Below are positions 59,664 through 64,000 of a stretch of DNA of 64,000 nt, piece after piece (the first letter of the stretch is position 1; the number at the start of each line of letters is the position of its first letter). Source of the stretch: Candidatus Marinacidobacterales bacterium (lineage in GTDB: Bacteria; Acidobacteriota; Vicinamibacteria; Marinacidobacterales; DATDRI01). Position numbers and translations under genes: made by a program. The notes under the pieces were generated by a model. It saw only the letters and a program-made list of their open reading frames with translations. It was not told the origin of the DNA and searched no databases. Location of the stretch: assembly GCA_965226495.1 (NCBI GenBank), contig OZ245365.1, forward strand, positions 4,032,001 to 4,096,000, given 5' to 3'.

Positions 59664-60191
59664 ATGAATCTCATCTACATTGTCATCTTGACGATCACGT
59701 TCAGTTTCACGGGCTGCAAGCCAGCCTCCGATACTCCCGCCGATACTCCGAATGACGCGCAGGAATCGGTTTTCTTTTTGGTGCGACATTCCGAGAAGGT
59801 CGATGAAAGCGAAGACCCACCGTTGTCCGAGGTGGGTCAGCAAAGGGCGCAAACGCTGGTATCCCTCTTACGTGATGCCGGCATCGAGTCTATCTACAGC
59901 TCTGATTTCGTCCGCACACGCGATACTGCCGCCCCATTGATGGAAGCGCTCGGAATCGAAATGAGTCTGTATGATCCCAAAAATCTTACCCAGCTGGCGA
60001 AAGAGCTCCTGGCCGTGTCAGGACGCTATCTAGTCGTGGGGCACAGCGACACCACGCCCGAGCTCGTCCGATTGCTCGGCGCCGACCCGGGCTCGGACAT
60101 CGGCCACAACGAGTACGATCGCCTCTATGTGCTGGTTTATCGTCCCGGGTTGGGCACCACGACGACGTTACTGCGGTTTGAGCCTCGCTGA
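59664..60191 (+). CDS. Histidine phosphatase (SixA/phosphoglycerate mutase-like) lipoprotein
   Basis: Lipobox FTGC; LVRHSEK, YSSDFVRTRDT, VGHSDT. Confidence 0.85.
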   Translation: MNLIYIVILTITFSFTGCKPASDTPADTPNDAQESVFFLVRHSEKVDESEDPPLSEVGQQRAQTLVSLLRDAGIESIYSSDFVRTRDTAAPLMEALGIEMSLYDPKNLTQLAKELLAVSGRYLVVGHSDTTPELVRLLGADPGSDIGHNEYDRLYVLVYRPGLGTTTTLLRFEPR

Positions 60192-60260
60192 GGGGTCGGT
60201 TGGAAAAACGACGTCGTAGAGCCGCTCGCGGCTCGAGTCCGAAGGTGCTAGCCTCGATTC

Positions 60261-61058
60261 ATGCACGTGGTGGCGGTGACGCGATGGGGATCGCCGCTTC
60301 AGGAAGAGCTTCCCGAGCTGGCGACTAGGCTCGGCGTGGTGGCCTATGATCTGCGTCTGCGGCTGGCCGGTGGGTTGCCGTGCATGTTCGCGCGCGTGGA
60401 GGACGGGATGGAGGCGGCGGCGCACGTCGAGTTTCTCCGGGCACGCGGGCACGGCGCCGTCGCCTGCGACACGGAAGCAGTCCCGGGCCCGGAAGATCAA
60501 CTCGTACCCGTCGACTTCGAACTGACGGCGTCGGCGTTTCGCGGCAACTCCACCAAGGGTCGTCGCTTCGAGCTCCCCTACACGGAGATCGTGGCGATGG
60601 TGCACGTCGCCTGCGTTACCAGCGCGGAGCACATAGTGACGACGCAGGAGAAGAAGTTCGCGCTCGGGCGGGCCGTACTCTCGGGAGGGATGGTGCTTCG
60701 CAAGAAAGTCGACCGCGTCGACAAAACGGTAACTGACGAGCAGGAGCAGATGATCTATTTGTTCTCCCGCTCAGACCAAGTGCCCTGTGTCTGCAAGGAG
60801 CTGACGTTACGCTACGAGGGCTTGGGCGATCAGCGCCAGCTGGCCACGGTGCAGAACTTCGCGACGCTCTCGAAGAGGTTGCGAACGTTGGCCCCCGACG
60901 CTTTCCACGACCAACGCCTGTTGACGCACAAACGGCGAGCCGACATCTCGGTGTTCGCCGGCGGCGCCAAGGAACGCCGGATCGAGACCTCGAGCGCCAG
61001 GGAAAACGATCTCGCGGCTTTTCTGCTCCTCCGAGGCCACCTCGAAGGCCAGCTTTGA
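60261..61058 (+). CDS. Hypothetical protein
   Basis: 265-aa ORF with host-like codon usage; no motif recognised. Confidence 0.65.
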   Translation: MHVVAVTRWGSPLQEELPELATRLGVVAYDLRLRLAGGLPCMFARVEDGMEAAAHVEFLRARGHGAVACDTEAVPGPEDQLVPVDFELTASAFRGNSTKGRRFELPYTEIVAMVHVACVTSAEHIVTTQEKKFALGRAVLSGGMVLRKKVDRVDKTVTDEQEQMIYLFSRSDQVPCVCKELTLRYEGLGDQRQLATVQNFATLSKRLRTLAPDAFHDQRLLTHKRRADISVFAGGAKERRIETSSARENDLAAFLLLRGHLEGQL

Positions 61059-61359
61059 AGCTCCGACGCGGCCTCGGTTTTGCGGGACGCTTCGCGCTCC
61101 TCGCCGGTGATTACCCGGAAGAAACGGCGCGGCGAGCTCGTTCTGCGCGAGGGAGACCCCACTCGCGCCAAAAGGAACTACTTGCTACGAAGGCGTAGTC
61201 TTCCGGAGACGTAACTCGAGTAGAGTGCCGCCGTACGAGCGCAAACACGAGTGCTCCGATGATCGCACCCGCGCCGAGGTAGAGATAAGACATCGTTCCG
61301 ATACTACTTTGAAAGCTGCGGGTGCGGCACACAGCGTGCGGGTCCCTCAGGGAAGTGCG

Positions 61360-61605
61360 CTACACGTTCCAAAAGATGTTGCCATCCTTCCTCGTGGTGA
61401 CGACTTTGCGAAAGTCCTGGCCGGAGGAGGCATTGAACATCTCACCCGAGGCGTGCTGGGTGTAGGTGCTGGCCATGAACTGGGTGTCGTGCTGAATCGG
61501 CCCGGCGGACATCACGACGAGTCGAGGCTTGCAGTAGTCGAAGACCTCTCGGCAGTAGCCACTCTCGCAACCGTGGTGGGATGCGACAAACACGCCCACG
61601 CGCGA
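61360..61605 (-). pseudogene. C-terminal fragment of a ComEC/Rec2-like MBL-fold hydrolase
   Basis: [14 protein letters not shown]...KPRLVVMS...TTRKDG; no N-terminal HxHxDH. Confidence 0.55.
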
Positions 61606-61689
61606 GTGTGGGCCCGGTCGATACCTGGATAAACGTAGCGAGGACGCCGGCGCGCGCTCCGGCAAGCGTCCTGCTAACCGGTCGGAGAG

Positions 61690-62040
61690 CACCTGGTCGA
61701 ATGGGCTGCGGAAGGCTTTGGCGCCACGGTTGAGGACATGGTTATAGACCATCGTCGTGCTCACATCGCTGTGGCCGAGGAGCTCCCGGACGGTTCGAAT
61801 GTCGTAGCCGTCCTCCAGCAAGTGAGTTACGAAGGAATGTCGGGGGGCTCGTCGCCGGCTTTGGGATCCCCGCCATGCAGACCGCCTGACGGATGGCAAG
61901 CTGGAGCACGGATTCGTGTAAGTGGTGCCGCCGGCAACGCGCGGTCTCGCGGTCGACGTGGAATCGAGTCGCCGGGAAGACCCATCGCCATGGCCACTCC
62001 CAGACCACTCTAGGGTTTTTTCTTTCGAGTTGGGGTTGGG
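61690..62040 (-). pseudogene. intI: Integron integrase remnant (C-terminal part, frameshifted at ~61845)
   Basis: LERK.P....[10 protein letters not shown]....DRET...[11 protein letters not shown] (IntI-specific insertion), then [40 protein letters not shown]...SP.D. Confidence 0.88.
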
Positions 62041-62383
62041 AAGTGGAAGTTGGGGGAGCCCGCGACTTGTGGTCGCGTTTTTGGATGTGGTCCGAGATCT
62101 TGCGAATGACGGGGTTCTCGGATTGGAGTTCTTCCTCCTGGCCTACAGGGCCAACGTTCACGAGATAAAAGACAAATAATGCCCCTTGACGAAATGCCGG
62201 GGGCGCCGGGTGCTTGCCGTTTCACGGTACCCCTTTTCCACACCGGAGGAGGATTAAAGGATGCTCGATCGGGAAGACATTATCACCATCGTGCCGTACG
62301 CAACGGTGCTGCTGACATAGGTGATGGTCGTCTTCAAAGTGCCCGCAGTCGGTTAGAGCGCTTCTCGCAACCTGACACACGCC

Positions 62384-62590
62384 TCAGCGTTGGTATACGG
62401 GCTCTCCACCTACGAACGTCGCGTGGACTTTGATCTCAGTCAGAGCTTCGGGCTCTACCTCGAGCGGATTCCTATCAAGCACCACGAAATCCGCCCACTT
62501 GCCAGGCGCCAGAGCACCGCGGTTCGATCCGTCTCCGCTCGCCAAGGCGCCGCCCATCGTATAGGCGTAGAGCGCCTCAGGAGCGATGGC
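62384..62590 (-). pseudogene. 3' fragment of a YtcJ-like amidohydrolase
   Basis: Manual translation EALYAYTMGGA...GALAPGKWADFVVLDRNP...VHATFVGGEPVY*. Confidence 0.7.
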
Positions 62591-62598
62591 TGCCTAAT

Positions 62599-62810
62599 CA
62601 TCTTCTCATGGCCTCGATCGGTGCCACGCACGCGAGAGGGCTACCGTCGTAGGTCCCCACCCCGGTGGGGAGCATCCATCATCTCGGCGAGTCCCGTTCC
62701 CGCACAGATGGGTATCCCCGTGTCGAGAGACTTCGCGGTCGTCATGAGATCGGGCACGATCCCGTCCTCGTCGCAAATGCTCCGAATCTTTTCGAGAAAG
62801 GCAAGCGGGT
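62599..62810 (-). pseudogene. Degraded internal fragment of a class III aminotransferase (GabT-like)
   Basis: Manual translation FLEKIRSICDEDGIVPDLMTTAKSL..GIPI...GTYDGSPLACVA. Confidence 0.6.
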
Positions 62811-62952
62811 TAAGGCTTGGCCATCAACAGGTCATGGCGGAAGTACGACGTCGCGGGACCAAAACCGGAGCGTTAGACGCCAAAAGTAGCATGTTAAGGC
62901 TCAGTAACGGCTATAATATGACCCTTTTGGCATTTAGTTCGATATTTTCTGA

Positions 62953-63013
62953 TTGACATATAACGCCGATTTTGTCATATTAAGTCAATAAAGAGCCTAT
63001 AAACTGACAAAAT
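62953..63013 (+). promoter_or_regulatory. Sigma70-type promoter with overlapping inverted repeats (putative TA operator)
   Basis: TTGACA 62953-62958, 17-bp spacer, CATATT 62976-62981; IR attttgtca 62969 / tgacaaaat 63005; attgac 62952 / gtcaat 62984. Confidence 0.65.
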
Positions 63014-63022
63014 TGATCATTT

Positions 63023-63373
63023 ATGAAGTTTCGTCAAGATAGTTCGGATGATGCAGCGCTGAAGGAACTGGGCAGCCGCATTGCCCGGTATCGTCTGAAC
63101 AGCAACTTGACTCAAGATGCGCTGGCAAAGGAAGCGGGCGTTTCGAAACGAACGGTCCACAGGCTTGAACATGGACATTCCATCCAGGCTTCCAACCTGA
63201 TCCGCATTCTGCGCGCTCTTCGTTTGCTTGAAAACCTTGAAGCCCTTATTCCGGAGCCTACGATAAGTCCGATACAGCAGCTCAAAATGCACGGGAAAAA
63301 ACGCAAGCGCGCCTCCTCTAGTTCTGACAAGCCGGAACAGAAAACGCCATGGTCATGGGGGGATGAAGAATGA
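63023..63373 (+). CDS. XRE-family HTH antitoxin (HipB-like)
   Basis: RLNSNLTQDALAKEAGVSKRTVHRLEHG; ATGA overlap with the toxin. Confidence 0.88.
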   Translation: MKFRQDSSDDAALKELGSRIARYRLNSNLTQDALAKEAGVSKRTVHRLEHGHSIQASNLIRILRALRLLENLEALIPEPTISPIQQLKMHGKKRKRASSSSDKPEQKTPWSWGDEE

Positions 63374-64000
63374 CCATCGCAGAGGTGAAACTCTGGGGCA
63401 AAACAATCGGAGCCGTAAGTTGGGATGAGAACATTGGGCTTGCCAATTTCGAGTATGAACCGGCTTTCATAGACAGCGGCATTGAGGTCGCTCCCATCAC
63501 CATGCCGCTTTCAGACCGGATTTACTCCTTTCCGGCCTTACCCCGCGAGACATTCCACGGTCTCTCAGGGCTACTTGCAGATTCCCTGCCGGATGATTTC
63601 GGTAACGCACTTATCAACGTATGGCTCGCAAGGGAAGGGCGGGACCCCCGAAGTTTTAACTCAGTCGAACGCCTTTGTTACACCGGCAGCAGGGGCATGG
63701 GCGCGTTGGAATATGTTCCTTCGCAAGGCCCGTCAAGCACGACGTCAACACACGTTGAAGTTCAGGAGTTGGTGGAACTCGCCAGCGCAATCTTGACCAA
63801 ACGCAATCAACTCCACGGCTCTTTCTCCCCTCCTGACCGAGAGGATACTTTGCAGGACATTCTCCGTGTCGGCACGTCGGCGGGGGGAGCCAGAGCAAAG
63901 GCAATTATCGCCTGGAATCCCGAAACCGATGAGGTGCGCTCGGGGCAGGTCAAAGCGAGTCCGGGGTTTTCCTACTGGCTTCTGAAATTCGACGGTGTTT
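63370..64000 (+). CDS. hipA: HipA-family toxin kinase, partial (runs off the window)
   Basis: Manual translation MTIAEVKLWG..IGAV...LADSLPDDFGN...RGMGALEY...GTSAGGARAKA...WLLKFDGV. Confidence 0.92.
   Translation, partial: MTIAEVKLWGKTIGAVSWDENIGLANFEYEPAFIDSGIEVAPITMPLSDRIYSFPALPRETFHGLSGLLADSLPDDFGNALINVWLAREGRDPRSFNSVERLCYTGSRGMGALEYVPSQGPSSTTSTHVEVQELVELASAILTKRNQLHGSFSPPDREDTLQDILRVGTSAGGARAKAIIAWNPETDEVRSGQVKASPGFSYWLLKFDGV

Noticed and set aside
61360-61899. Novel integrase-MBL nuclease fusion protein (179-aa ORF)
   Set aside because: Chance in-frame join of two C-terminal remnants, each missing N-terminal catalytic residues.

Overview
GC-rich bacterial chromosomal segment. Gene content (ECF42/DGPF pair, Hanks kinase with TolB_N-like and TPR domains, DinB/DUF1572, PD40-amidohydrolase) suggests Acidobacteriota, probably Vicinamibacteria-like; this is inference. 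About 50 CDS, mostly hydrolases, peptidases, transport and regulation: Tat amidase, sulfatase, fumC, S8 and S9 peptidases, a MocR-controlled PLP decarboxylase operon, TAXI-TRAP, pirin, rlpA, a dynamin-like GTPase and a partial HipBA. One complete IS3 (30111-31557, GTTC target duplication) splits the kinase. The best candidate for an undescribed system is a vWA / short PspA (ESCRT-III-like) / membrane-protein operon divergent from an OmpR-type two-component system, with two oppositely oriented tandem GTAAA-like boxes between them (52.8-58.1 kb). The window also carries relics of an integron: an intI fragment, a degenerate attC behind a lower-GC MBL-fold gene, and a cassette-like junction before hipBA. 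Several accessory segments are bounded by ~22-bp direct repeats, and many orphan gene fragments lie between genes. Several single-base frameshifts may be sequencing errors. No rRNA, tRNA or CRISPR array was seen. Family names come from recalled motifs, not database searches.
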